64,000 nucleotides of DNA from Candidatus Azotimanducaceae bacterium (GCA_965199915.1 OZ241348.1:4622414-4686413), one strand, 5' to 3'; shown: positions 28,746 through 38,409, counted from the stretch's first letter. Notes: generated by a model not told the origin, from the sequence alone. Numbers and translations: made by a program.

Positions 28746-30381
28746 CCCTATTGTTGCAGTTTGAGGTCACCCGAGGTTGGAGAAATGCGGTGATTTGCTT
28801 AGTAGGCTTTGAGGGCGGTGTGGTTGCCGGTCAAGGTCACTGGCAGTGAGGTTGTCCGGGTGGCCGACTTTCGGGCATCCGCGGGACCCGGAAGCGATTG
28901 CCCTGTTGTTTTCGGGAACGAAAAAAGCGGTCTCCTTTGGTACGATGTCGCTGTGTGGAACAAACATCGAAGGAGACCGCCGAAGTGAATCGTATCAGGA
29001 AAGAAGTCAGCGGCAAAACCGCAAGCGCGCTGGAAATCCGGTTCGAGCCCCAGAGCCTCACGTCGCACGCCGGCCTGGTGGTGTTCCAGCGCCTGTTCTC
29101 GCGCCTCCAACTGAAGGAGCGGCTGCGCGGCTGCTTTCGGCACGAGTCGGGACGGCGCGCCTACGCGCCGCACGTGGTGACGCTGCTGCTGGTGGTGCAT
29201 CTGCTGCTCGGCTGCCGCGAGCTGCGCGACATGGCGCGCTACCGGAACGACGAGGCGGTGCGGCGCGCGGTCGGTCTGCGGCGGCTGCCGGACGTGTCGA
29301 CGGTGTCGCGGGCGCTGTCGGACGTGGACGCGCGCGGCGCCGACCGGGTGCGGGCGCTGTCGCGGGACATGGCGCTGGAGCGGCTGCGCGCGCTGGGGCC
29401 GCGGCGGGTCACGGTGGACTTCGACGGCACGGTGCTGGCGACGCGGCGGCTGGCGGAAGGTTCGGCGGTGGGCTACAACCCGGGCAGGAAGGGCGAGCGC
29501 AGCTACTGGCCGCTGTTCGCCACCGTGGCGCAGACTGGCCAAACGCTCGACCTGCTGCATCGGCCGGGCAACGTGGCGGACTCCACGGGAGCTGTTGATT
29601 TCATTGGCGAAAGCATGGAGCGGCTGCGCGCCGCGCTGCCGCGCGCCCGCCTGGAGACGCGCATGGACTCGGCGTTCTTCGACGGCGGGCTGCTGGACGA
29701 GCTGGAGCGGCGCGGCGTCGACTACTCGGTGTCCGTGCCGTTCGCCCGCTTCGCCGACCTCAAGGCGGCGGTCGAGGGCCGCCGCCTCTGGCGCCGCGCC
29801 GGCCCCGGCCTGGCGTTCTTCGAGCCGCGCTGGAAGCCCGCCAGCTGGGATGGCCGCCGCCGCGTGGTCGTCGTCCGCCGCCGCGTTCCGGCGCGCCGCA
29901 AGGAGCCTCTCCAACTCGACCTGTTCGAGCCCCGCGAGCACGGCTTCGAGTTCAAGGCCGTCGTCACCAACAAGCGCGTCCGCGCCCGCGCCGTCGCGCT
30001 GTTCCACGAAGGCCGCGGCACCCAGGAGGCGACGTTCGCCGAACTCAAGTCCCAATGCGGACTCGGCTACGCGCCCAGCCGCAAGGAAGCCGCCAACCGG
30101 CTCTTCTCCCTCGCCGCCGTGCTCGCCCACAACCTCGGCCGCGAACTCCAAATGGCCACCCGAGCGCCTCTCCGGAGCACCACCGCCAAACGCTCCCCGC
30201 TCTGGGCCTTCGCCCAATTGCGAACGATGCGCAACGACTTCCTGCTTCGCGCCGGCCGATTCCTCAACCGCGCCGGAAAACCCGTCCTTTCCATCATGAG
30301 CGACGACAAGGCGGAAACCGTCATGTCCGAATACCTTGCCGCCCTCGCCACATAGTTCGGCAAAAACCTGCAACAATAGGG
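28746..30381 (+). mobile_element. IS1380-family insertion sequence (1636 bp)
   Basis: Perfect 14-bp terminal inverted repeats ccctattgttgcag (28746..28759) and ctgcaacaataggg (30368..30381). Flanking 4-bp direct duplication tcca (28742..28745 and 30382..30385). Single transposase ORF inside. Confidence 0.9.
28985..30355 (+). CDS. IS1380-family DDE transposase
   Basis: LTSHAGLVVF ... VDFDGTVLATRRLAEGSAVGYNPGRKGERSY ... RMDSAFFDGGLLDELERRGVDYSV ... FHEGRGTQEATFAELK parallels ISEcp1-type transposase blocks. GTG 28985 is chosen; the track ORF opens at 28898. Confidence 0.88.
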   Translation: MNRIRKEVSGKTASALEIRFEPQSLTSHAGLVVFQRLFSRLQLKERLRGCFRHESGRRAYAPHVVTLLLVVHLLLGCRELRDMARYRNDEAVRRAVGLRRLPDVSTVSRALSDVDARGADRVRALSRDMALERLRALGPRRVTVDFDGTVLATRRLAEGSAVGYNPGRKGERSYWPLFATVAQTGQTLDLLHRPGNVADSTGAVDFIGESMERLRAALPRARLETRMDSAFFDGGLLDELERRGVDYSVSVPFARFADLKAAVEGRRLWRRAGPGLAFFEPRWKPASWDGRRRVVVVRRRVPARRKEPLQLDLFEPREHGFEFKAVVTNKRVRARAVALFHEGRGTQEATFAELKSQCGLGYAPSRKEAANRLFSLAAVLAHNLGRELQMATRAPLRSTTAKRSPLWAFAQLRTMRNDFLLRAGRFLNRAGKPVLSIMSDDKAETVMSEYLAALAT

Positions 30382-31042
30382 TCCAGACGCACTGAGAACG
30401 CGCAAACCGCACACCGTTCGGCATAGGCTTTCAGCACCGCCGCTTTGAAGTCTGCGGTGCGCCTTCGGCGGCGGGTCGTTTCGTACACCTCGCGTTCTTC
30501 GCGCACTTCGTGTTCTTCACGCATTTGTTCAGTGTTGGCGAATGTGTCGCCTTGGTTCTCCGTTTCAGTGCTTCCAATCCCCGTGGCCCGCAGCACGTCG
30601 GCGTGGTAGGTGACGGGAAAGTGCGCGTGCAGGATTTCGCTTGCCAATTCGTGCACGCGCTGCGGCTCGGCGCGCAGCGCTTTGTAGTGGGAAGCCAGGA
30701 AGCCGCCGCAGATGTCGTGTTTACGCAGATCTCCAACGTGTGCGTCGCCGCTCGCCGTTTGCCCCACCAACTGGGGACGATCGACCTCCCAGATTCCGTC
30801 TCCCCTGAGTCGCCAGAAGGGAAACTCGGGGTGGGAGGTCCGGCGAGGTGGCCCGAAATCGCGCAACAAGCCGCGGAGGTTCGCCTCCACAAGCTCAAAT
30901 GGTGCCAAGCGTTCCTCGCCGCGCAGGCACCGACCGATGGCCCAAAGAACCAGCAGGGGTTTGTGCGGCGCTCGTTCCCCGTTCTGGCTGCGCCACAGCC
31001 GCAACGACCGGAATTGCTGCCGCAGTTCCGCCAAGTCGGCGC

Positions 31043-31726
31043 TCACTCGGCCTCCGCGCAATGTTGTCGAGCATCCGCCCGCCAATTGGTCCCTGGGGAA
31101 ACAATGTCCCCTTTTATGTCGATCTGGTCGCGCAGGCTGCCGATGAGAGCGGGGCGGCGGGCGAACAGGCGCGCCAAGGCGGCCACGGTGCCGTCCGGCT
31201 CGGTGACCAAGCCCTCGTCTTGGCGCTGGACTTCCAAGTTGACCGCGAGGCGCGACAACGCGCCGGGGGCAACCCGGAACGCCGGATTCTCCGGGCCGGT
31301 CACCTTCTCGCTGCCGCCCCACAGCAGGTGCTGCTCGACCACCAGTGCGCCGCCGGGGCGCAGCGACGGCAGCAACGCGGTTAGCAGATCCAGTTGCACA
31401 TAGCGGATGTTGACGATCACGTCGTATTCGTGCGCGGGCGCGAAACCGGCGTCCAGATCCGCTTCCAGCCAGTGGATGGGGAGTGTTCCAGCGCTGCGCC
31501 GCCCGCGTTCCAACGCCACCGGGGAGATGTCCACCGCGTCCACGACCAACCCGTGGCGGGCGAGGAACAGCGCGTTGCGGCCCGCGCCGCAGGCCACGTC
31601 CAACGCCCGCCCGCGGCTGGGCAGCAGGTCCGCGCACTCGGCCAAGAACGCGCTGGGGCGGGGCCTGCTCTGGTAGGCGCCCTGCCGATAGCGGGCGTCC
31701 CACTTGCGCTGGTCTTCTGCGCTCAA
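31043..31726 (-). CDS. class I SAM-dependent methyltransferase (TehB-like, no DNA-MTase catalytic motif seen)
   Basis: RALDVACGAGRNALFLARHGLVVDAVDISPVAL is SAM-binding motif I. TTG 31726 overlaps the stop of the upstream membrane-protein gene. Its stop overlaps the HNH gene start. Confidence 0.7.
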   Translation of the reverse strand: MSAEDQRKWDARYRQGAYQSRPRPSAFLAECADLLPSRGRALDVACGAGRNALFLARHGLVVDAVDISPVALERGRRSAGTLPIHWLEADLDAGFAPAHEYDVIVNIRYVQLDLLTALLPSLRPGGALVVEQHLLWGGSEKVTGPENPAFRVAPGALSRLAVNLEVQRQDEGLVTEPDGTVAALARLFARRPALIGSLRDQIDIKGDIVSPGTNWRADARQHCAEAE

Positions 31727-32145
31727 CGCGCCTTCGCCGCGGGTGGGTTGCCGGTTGTGGGCGCGCGCCTGCGCCGCCGGCGCGTCGCCAAGAGGATGGC
31801 GAATCCCAGCAGGCTGGTGGCCAAGCCGGCGGCGGCGAGGTGCCACAAATCGGCGATGTTGATGAAGGCGGGCAGCAGCAGGCAGATTCCGCCGAAGGCC
31901 AAAACGGCACCGATCTGCGCCAACGCCGTGGGCGCCGCCGGCGCGTCGGCGAGCGGTTCGCGTTCCGCCGCCGCGGGAGCGTCGCCGGATTCCTCTGCCA
32001 CCTGCGCCGCGGCAGTGCCCCGGCCGGCGGCGTCAATGGCTTCTCCCTCCCCTCCGGCGGCGCGCACCAGCCGCCACGCGAACCACAGCGCGGCGGTGCC
32101 CACGCCGAGCCCGGCCAGCGCAACCGCCGCGGCGCCGACGTTCAC
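31723..32145 (-). CDS. hypothetical small membrane protein
   Basis: 140 aa. N-terminal helix AAAVALAGLGVGTAALWFAW and C-terminal helices IGAVLAFGGICLLLPAF and AAAGLATSLLGFAILLA. Lies between the MOSC and methyltransferase genes on the same strand. Confidence 0.5.
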   Translation of the reverse strand: MNVGAAAVALAGLGVGTAALWFAWRLVRAAGGEGEAIDAAGRGTAAAQVAEESGDAPAAAEREPLADAPAAPTALAQIGAVLAFGGICLLLPAFINIADLWHLAAAGLATSLLGFAILLATRRRRRRAPTTGNPPAAKAR

Positions 32146-32157
32146 GGCTTGGCCTCG

Positions 32158-32793
32158 TTACGCGATGGCGGCAAGCTGACGCTCCTTGCGCTCCCGCTCG
32201 CGCGCCGAAAGCGGCACGCGAAGGTGGCGGCGAAGCACGTCCGCGGCGGGGGCCGCGTCGTACGCGGCGCGGAACAGCTCGGCCATCGTCACGCGCTCGC
32301 CGGCAACCGGCGTGTGCGTCACCGGCAACCCCGCGGACGCCTCGCCGCCGCGCACCACCCGGCAATAGCAACCCGGGCGCTCGGCGGCGCGGAAGTGGCG
32401 CGGCAGGGCGGGTTTGCCAAGGCTCGTCGCCAGCGTGTTGCAGGGAATGCGCGGCGCGGTGGCTTCCAGCACCACCGCGCCGAACGCGAAGCGGTCGCCC
32501 ACCGCCACCGCGCCGCTCTCGCAGCCGTCCAAGGTGAGGTTCTCGCCGAACGCGCCGGCGGCGAAGCCCCAACCGAGCGCGCGCTCGAACCACGCGTAGT
32601 CGTCCGTGGTGTAGACGTACACCGCTTGGTCGGGCCCGCCGTGATGTCGCGCGTCGCAAACGGCGTCGCCGGCGAGACCGGCGGCACCGATGCGCACCGA
32701 CGGCACGGCGCGTTTGAAAATGCCGGTGCGTATGCCGCGCCCACGCACTTCGAGCGGGCGCGCGGCCCCAACGTTTACGCTCACCAGTTCCAT
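32158..32793 (-). CDS. MOSC domain protein (YiiM-like)
   Basis: 211 aa from ATG 32793. GLAGDAVCDARHHGGPDQAVYVY ... GAFGENLTL ... RIPCNTLA is the MOSC beta-barrel pattern with the conserved Cys. Confidence 0.8.
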   Translation of the reverse strand: MELVSVNVGAARPLEVRGRGIRTGIFKRAVPSVRIGAAGLAGDAVCDARHHGGPDQAVYVYTTDDYAWFERALGWGFAAGAFGENLTLDGCESGAVAVGDRFAFGAVVLEATAPRIPCNTLATSLGKPALPRHFRAAERPGCYCRVVRGGEASAGLPVTHTPVAGERVTMAELFRAAYDAAPAADVLRRHLRVPLSARERERKERQLAAIA

Positions 32794-33003
32794 TCCGCGC
32801 TCCCGCCGCGATGATTCCTCATGGTAGCCCTGCCGGTGCGCGGTGAACAAGCTGCGTTGTCGGCACTTGGGCGGATTGCGACACTTGACAACCCGTCGAG
32901 CGGCGACTAATGTTCCATTCACGCGGTTGGGAGGGCTGTGGTTACACGGTCCGCTGGGGCTAGGTGCCCCACCTAGCTGCGGTCGGCTTTGAGTTCCCTC
33001 TGA

Positions 33004-33778
33004 ATGTACCTCCTCTACTTGGATGGGTCGGGCTCCGTGAAGAATCCGACCGAACGCCACTTTGTGCTTGCGGGCGTCGCGGTATTCGAACGCCAAATCT
33101 ACCATCTCATCTCCAAGTTCGATTCGTTCGTCACGTCGTTGAATTTGGGAAATGCGCAACGCGTCGAGCTGCACGCGAGCGTAATGGCCAATGGCAGCAA
33201 GGCACCTTGGAAGGGCATCGTTAGGAAGGAGCGGCTCCGGATTCATCGAGTCTGGCTTGAAGATGTTGGACGACGCTCACAGAAGCGTACGCACGTTCGC
33301 CACCGTGGTGGACAAGCAGGCCCTTGAAGGGGACCCAGTCGAGTATGCATTCGAGGAAATCTGCAATCGATTCAACCTCTTCCTCTCTCGGCTGTGGCGC
33401 AATGAAGACGACAAACAAAGAGGCTTGGTGGTCATGGACGAGTCTCGCTACGAGCAAGCACTGCAAGGCTTGGCCCGGCAGTTTAGGGAGGAAGGCACGA
33501 GGTGGGGAAGCCTGCGCAACATGGCGGAAGTGCCCTTGTTTGCGGATTCAACAGCGTCCCGTCTGATTCAGATCGCGGATCTGCTCGCTTGGGCCGTGTG
33601 GCGACGCTACGAGTACGGCGACACGCGATACTTCGATCTGATCGTGCGGCGCTTCGACCGGGAAGGTGGCGTGCTGCATGGCTTGGTGCATCGCAAGGAT
33701 CCTCGCGACGACTGCCATTGTCCCGGTTGTTTGAGCCGTACCTTACATAGTGAATCCGGTCGCAGGATGGACGGCTAA
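33004..33778 (+). pseudogene. DUF3800 family protein, frameshifted
   Basis: Frame 1: MYLLYLDGSGSVKNPTERHFVLAGVAVF ... ELHASVMANGSKAPWKGI.RKERLR. The +1 frame continues FIESGLKMLDDAHRSVRTFATVVDK ... RLIQIADLLAWAV. The frame switch is near 33236..33245. The region is more A/T-rich. Confidence 0.7.
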
Positions 33779-33908
33779 TTTAGCGCCCCGCCGCGATGAT
33801 TCGTCATCGCAAAAACCCGGTTGCCGGCGAGCGAGCGGAGTGGCAGGCGGTGTGTTGCCAAGGCTCGTCCAGCGTGTGGCCGAACTGGACATCGGACTCC
33901 GCCACCGC

Positions 33909-34334
33909 TCACGTCCGCCGCTGCTTCGCGGACGCCTCGAGAAGCGCCAACAAGGACGTTGGCGAGTAGACCGAGACCGATGTTTTGGCGAAATCCCGTT
34001 CATTGCGCGTGGCGATCGCGCCAACCTGCATCTGACGTGCCGATGCCGCGACCACGGCATCCTCAAAGTCGCTCACCTTGCTTTCGACAGCCTCCCGCAG
34101 CACCGCGCCAGTCACCGGCGCCACGTCGAGAATCGAGAGGATGGCGTACACCTGCCGACGGGCTTCGTCCAGCCCAACCGCCTTGCGCGCCAGATAGAAG
34201 ATGGTGGTGACCACGCTGGCGCAGATGTAGCCCTGAATGTCGCCCCGTTCCGCCCGCGAAAGCAGTTGGCCGGCCGGCTCGTCGAACGGTTGACGCCGCA
34301 ACAGAACATCGAGAACGACATTGGCATCGAACAT
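33909..34334 (-). CDS. PIN-domain toxin (VapC-like)
   Basis: MFDANVVLDVLLRRQPF ... DFEDAVVAASARQMQVGAIATRNERDF. The ATG shares 1 nt with the antitoxin stop. Confidence 0.8.
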   Translation of the reverse strand: MFDANVVLDVLLRRQPFDEPAGQLLSRAERGDIQGYICASVVTTIFYLARKAVGLDEARRQVYAILSILDVAPVTGAVLREAVESKVSDFEDAVVAASARQMQVGAIATRNERDFAKTSVSVYSPTSLLALLEASAKQRRT

Positions 34335-34579
34335 CACCCGCAAAGGTACTTCCTTTCCAAGTGGGTGCGATAATCCGCCTCGTCAACGCCAGCGCCCGCG
34401 AGGGCACCCATCAACCGCGACACCTTGGGCGCCAAAGTCGATGGCCGAGATTCCGCGGAAGCAATGGCGGCAAAGTAGTCCGAAACCATCTGCGAGACGG
34501 AGCACCCGGCTTGCCTCGCGTGCTGCTTCGCCGCCTTGACAAGCTGGTCGTCCAGCCTGAGCGTCAGCTTGGTTTGCAT
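34334..34579 (-). CDS. putative antitoxin (RHH/DUF6364-like)
   Basis: 81 aa. MQTKLTLRLDDQLVKAAKQHARQAGCSVSQMVSDYF is the typical ribbon-helix-helix antitoxin N-terminus, immediately upstream of the PIN gene. Confidence 0.7.
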   Translation of the reverse strand: MQTKLTLRLDDQLVKAAKQHARQAGCSVSQMVSDYFAAIASAESRPSTLAPKVSRLMGALAGAGVDEADYRTHLERKYLCG

Positions 34580-34743
34580 TTCAAGCCCTTTGAGACGTAT
34601 AGATGGCAGAAGAACGTACGTCCACCACGTCCATGTGTCAAGGCAAGGTAACGCACCCTCTTCTTCATACTCACCTAGCGTTGGACAGCGGGCGGAAGGT
34701 ACAATCGCATCCGTTGAATGGGAGGATTCTCTTGACGGGCAGA

Positions 34744-35154
34744 ATGTTGGTGGTCGCAGCGACCTTGCTTGGCGGCTTCGCGCTCGCGCAAGCCGTGCCG
34801 TCCGACACCGTGGCGGACATTGACGAGCGCACCCGTCCATTTGGCGAACTTTGCTTGCAGGGCCAAGATTGCGGCGGTCAAGCCGCGGCGCCGGCACCGG
34901 CGGCCACGGGCCGCAGCGGCGAAGAGGTCTACAACGCGCATTGCCATGTGTGCCACGCCACCGGCCTGAACGACGCGCCGAAGTTCAAGGACGCCGCCGG
35001 TTGGGCCACGCGCCTCCCCAAAGGCGCGCAAGAGCTGCTCGCGGTTACCAAGAAAGGCCTCAACACGATGCCGCCAATGGGCACTTGCATGAACTGCACG
35101 GACGCCGAATTGCGCGCCGCCATCGACTACATGACCCCTCCGCCCGCGCAATAG
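34744..35154 (+). CDS. cytochrome c5 family class I c-type cytochrome
   Basis: Signal peptide MLVVAATLLGGFALAQA, heme motif CHVCH, then GLNTMPPMGTC..C. Start is chosen at ATG 34744 inside the 183-aa track ORF. Confidence 0.85.
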   Translation: MLVVAATLLGGFALAQAVPSDTVADIDERTRPFGELCLQGQDCGGQAAAPAPAATGRSGEEVYNAHCHVCHATGLNDAPKFKDAAGWATRLPKGAQELLAVTKKGLNTMPPMGTCMNCTDAELRAAIDYMTPPPAQ

Positions 35155-35221
35155 CGGCGCCGCGAGCGGTTTCGCTGCCACTCGCTGGCAAGAACGCCGT
35201 CGCCGCCATTCCCCGCCGCCT

Positions 35222-36715
35222 TCAAGTCCGGTAACCGAGCGCCTCCGCCACATGCGCCGTGGCAATGTCCTCGGCGCCGGCCAGATCGGCCACCGTGCGC
35301 GCCACCTTGCGCAGCCGGTGAACGGCTCTCGCGGACAGGCGGAAGCGCTTGGCGGCGCGGCGCAGAAGGGTGCGGGCGTCGCCGTCCAAAACGCAGAACG
35401 CATCCACCTCGGCCGCCGTCAGCGCGGCGCTCGCCTTGCCGCAGCGCCGCACCTGCCGCTCGCGCGCCGAGGCGATGGCGTCGCGCAGCGCGTCGTCGTC
35501 GCCGGTGCGCACTTTGGTCTCCCACAAGTCCGCATCCGAGACCGGGCCCACCTCCACGCGAATGTCGATGCGGTCCAGCAGCGGCCCGGACACGCGCCCG
35601 CGGTACTGGCGCACTTGCTGCGGCGTGCAGCGGCAACGCGCCTCGTCGCAGACGTAGCCGGCGGGGCAGGGATTCATCGCCGCGATGAGTTGAAAGCCGG
35701 CCGGAAACCGCACCGTCTGCTGCACGCGCGCGATGGCAATGGTGTTCGCCTCCAACGGCTCGCGCAGCGCCTCCAGGACGTCGCGTTGGAACTCGGGCAA
35801 CTCGTCCAAGAACAACACGCCGCAGTGCGCCAGCGTCACCTCGCCGGGCGCCACCGGATTGCCGCCGCCCACCATCGCGGCGGCCGAGGCCGTGTGGTGC
35901 GGGTCGCAATACGGGCGCACGCCGAACGGCGGCGGTGGACGGCTGGAGACCGAATACACATTGGCCACGTCGATGGCTTCGGCGTTGGTGAGTGGGGGAA
36001 GCAGTGCGGCAAGCCGTCTCGCCAACATCGTCTTGCCCGTGCCGGGCGGTCCGGTCATCAACATGTGGTGGGCGCCTGCGGCCGCCACCGCCAAGGCGCG
36101 CTTCGCGTGCGCTTGGCCACGCACATCCGAGAGCGCGAGGTGCCGCCGCGGCGGTGGCGCGGGTTGCGGCAACGTCGCCGGCGGCGGCAGCGCTTCGGCC
36201 TGCAGCAAGCGCACCACGTCGAGCAGCGTGGCCGCAGGATGCACCGCCACGTCCGCGAGCGGCGCGAGCTCGAGACGATGGGCGCTCGGCACCACCAGGC
36301 GCACGCCCCGCCCGTCGTCGGCCGCGGCGCGGAGCTTCGCGGCGGCGCAGAACGCGCCGCGAACGGGACGCAACTCGCCATAGAGCGAGAGCTCACCAAG
36401 GAACTCAAGCCGCGGCAAGTGGCGACTGTCCACTTGCTCCGTGGCGGTGAGAATGGCAACGGCGATCGCGAGGTCGTAGCGGCCGCCGTGTTTCGCCAGA
36501 TCCGCCGGCGCGAGGTTGACCACCACGCGGCCTTGCGGGTACTTGAAGCCCACGTTCTTGATGGCGCTGCGCACCCGATCGCGGGCTTCGCGCACCGCCT
36601 TCTGCGCCATGCCCACCAACGTGAAGGAAGGGGTGCCGGTTTGGAAGTGCGCTTCCACCAGCACCGGCGGCGCATCGACGCCCATCTGGGCGCGCGTTCG
36701 TACGGGTATGGACAT
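35222..36715 (-). CDS. comM: YifB/ComM family Mg-chelatase-like ATPase
   Basis: From ATG 36715: MSIPVRTRAQMGVDAPPVLVEAHF ... LMTGPPGTGKTMLARRL ... GVLFLDELPEF. About 497 aa. Confidence 0.92.
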   Translation of the reverse strand: MSIPVRTRAQMGVDAPPVLVEAHFQTGTPSFTLVGMAQKAVREARDRVRSAIKNVGFKYPQGRVVVNLAPADLAKHGGRYDLAIAVAILTATEQVDSRHLPRLEFLGELSLYGELRPVRGAFCAAAKLRAAADDGRGVRLVVPSAHRLELAPLADVAVHPAATLLDVVRLLQAEALPPPATLPQPAPPPRRHLALSDVRGQAHAKRALAVAAAGAHHMLMTGPPGTGKTMLARRLAALLPPLTNAEAIDVANVYSVSSRPPPPFGVRPYCDPHHTASAAAMVGGGNPVAPGEVTLAHCGVLFLDELPEFQRDVLEALREPLEANTIAIARVQQTVRFPAGFQLIAAMNPCPAGYVCDEARCRCTPQQVRQYRGRVSGPLLDRIDIRVEVGPVSDADLWETKVRTGDDDALRDAIASARERQVRRCGKASAALTAAEVDAFCVLDGDARTLLRRAAKRFRLSARAVHRLRKVARTVADLAGAEDIATAHVAEALGYRT

Positions 36716-36814
36716 GCCGCAAGTCTGTGGCGCCCCCGTTGCGGGCGGTAGCGGAAAACGGCTATGCGCGGTGTAGGAAATCGCCTTGACGACAAGCCCA
36801 TTTGCACACGCGAT

Positions 36815-36833
36815 TGGCACTGTTTTGGTGCGT
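36815..36833 (+). promoter_or_regulatory. NtrC-type enhancer site (GCAC-N7-GTGC)
   Basis: ttggcactgttttggtgcg fits the TGCACC-N5-GGTGCA dyad spacing. It lies about 100 nt upstream of the sigma-54 element. Confidence 0.55.
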
Positions 36834-36918
36834 CTGCACCGTAATGTTGCTCTCCGGGCGCGGTGGTGAGCGAACGGGCGTTAAGTAACGCATTGATTAA
36901 ACAGGAAATTAATGTATG

Positions 36919-36934
36919 TGGCACGCTCCATGCA
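36919..36934 (+). promoter_or_regulatory. sigma-54 (-24/-12) promoter of the porin-glnK-amtB operon
   Basis: TGGCACgctccATGCA matches TGGCAC-N5-TTGCW in the GG and GC positions. It lies 96 nt upstream of ATG 37030 in an A/T-rich intergenic region. Confidence 0.65.
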
Positions 36935-37029
36935 CTTATGCGAAAGTGTGTGTGTGGGCGCGTTGCGTGGATGAACATCCTCAAGACGCCCCGTTTTCGC
37001 AACACCACTCGACAAGTGAGGATTGACAC

Positions 37030-37713
37030 ATGAAGATGGTACTGAAAGCGCTTGCCGCGGCGGGTTTGCTCGCCGCTTCGGGGGCAACCGGCGCCGAGTA
37101 CTCGGCCAACGTGACGTTGACGTCGGACTACTCCTTTCGCGGTTACTCGCAGACCTTGCGCGACCCGGCTATCCAAGGCGGTTTCGACGTCGCGTTCGAC
37201 TCGGGATTCTCCGTCGGCACCTGGGCGTCCAACGTCAACTTCGGCGAGACGTCCATGGAATGGGACTTGTACGTCGGCTGGAGCAAGGAACTCCGCGAGG
37301 GGGTGTCTTTGGACGTCACCGCCATCTACTTCGACTACCCGAACGACCGTGACGCGTTGAACTACCAAGAGTACGCGGCGTCCGTCTCGTACGGCGATGT
37401 CTCGTTCAGCGTCAACTACTCGCCGGCGTATCTGGGCGTGGACGACGTGTCCTTCATCTACCCCGCCGTCTCCTACAGCAAGGGATTGTCGGACGGCGTC
37501 ACTGTTTCCGCGGCCATTGGCTACAGCAAAGCGAGCTCGCCGGGTGGCGATTTCTTCGGCGACGACGACGACTACGTCGATTACAGCGCCAGCGTCTCCT
37601 ACAGCACCGGCATCGGCATCGACGTGAGCGTGGGACTGGTCGGCACCAACAACGAGGACTGTGGCGACGACTGCAAGCTGCGGCCGGTGTTCTCGCTGTC
37701 GAAGAGCCTCTGA
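37030..37713 (+). CDS. TorF-family putative outer-membrane porin
   Basis: Signal peptide plus the TSDYSFRGYSQT ... GFSVGTWASNV ... EWDLY pattern of the TIGR02001 family, which is commonly found upstream of glnK-amtB. Confidence 0.8.
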   Translation: MKMVLKALAAAGLLAASGATGAEYSANVTLTSDYSFRGYSQTLRDPAIQGGFDVAFDSGFSVGTWASNVNFGETSMEWDLYVGWSKELREGVSLDVTAIYFDYPNDRDALNYQEYAASVSYGDVSFSVNYSPAYLGVDDVSFIYPAVSYSKGLSDGVTVSAAIGYSKASSPGGDFFGDDDDYVDYSASVSYSTGIGIDVSVGLVGTNNEDCGDDCKLRPVFSLSKSL

Positions 37714-37877
37714 CCAAAGGCGCGCCGCCGCGCCGATCTTCCACGAGACGCGCGGCGGAGAGGCCTTCCTAGCGGCTCGGCGCGCCGGGCCGCGAAGGCC
37801 GAAACCAAACGACCAACATCGCCGATGAAGCGCGGGTGGCGCTGACCAAAAAACGGCATCGGCCAAATTGGAGGTAG

Positions 37878-38219
<342 letters not shown>

Positions 38220-38409
38220 CGCCCGGCAACCCTTTAGTGTGCCGCTTCGGAAACAACGTGCGTCCCAGTGGGGCAGGTTTCGTCGCAGGGTCGGGACACC
38301 GGCGGCATTGCGGGGCGGCACATCCGCAAGTAGCACGTTCCAGGGCGACGCCAGACGGACGCGCCATTCGCCACGTCAATGCGGAATCGAACCGCTAGGG
38401 AGAAGATTC

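Larger units (their letters stand above)
28444..31046 (-). pseudogene. COG3440-type HNH restriction endonuclease, split by an IS1380-family insertion
   Basis: The 5' part (31046..30382) ends ...FKAAVLKAYAERCAVCAFSVRL. The 3' part (28745..28444) continues EGTVLAVEAAHIHWHSHAGPSVVRNGIALCALHHRLFDRGAF (HNH_2 motif). Removing 28746..30381 plus one copy of the 4-bp duplication restores a continuous frame. GTG 31046 overlaps the methyltransferase stop (GTGA). Confidence 0.85.

Noticed and set aside
30321-32123. 600-aa minus-strand ORF in the track.
   Set aside because: It is a composite read-through. Its C-terminal third is the real HNH 5' fragment. The remainder is a Pro/Arg/Gly-rich out-of-frame shadow over the methyltransferase and membrane-protein genes, which have their own coherent frames and coupled start/stop codons.
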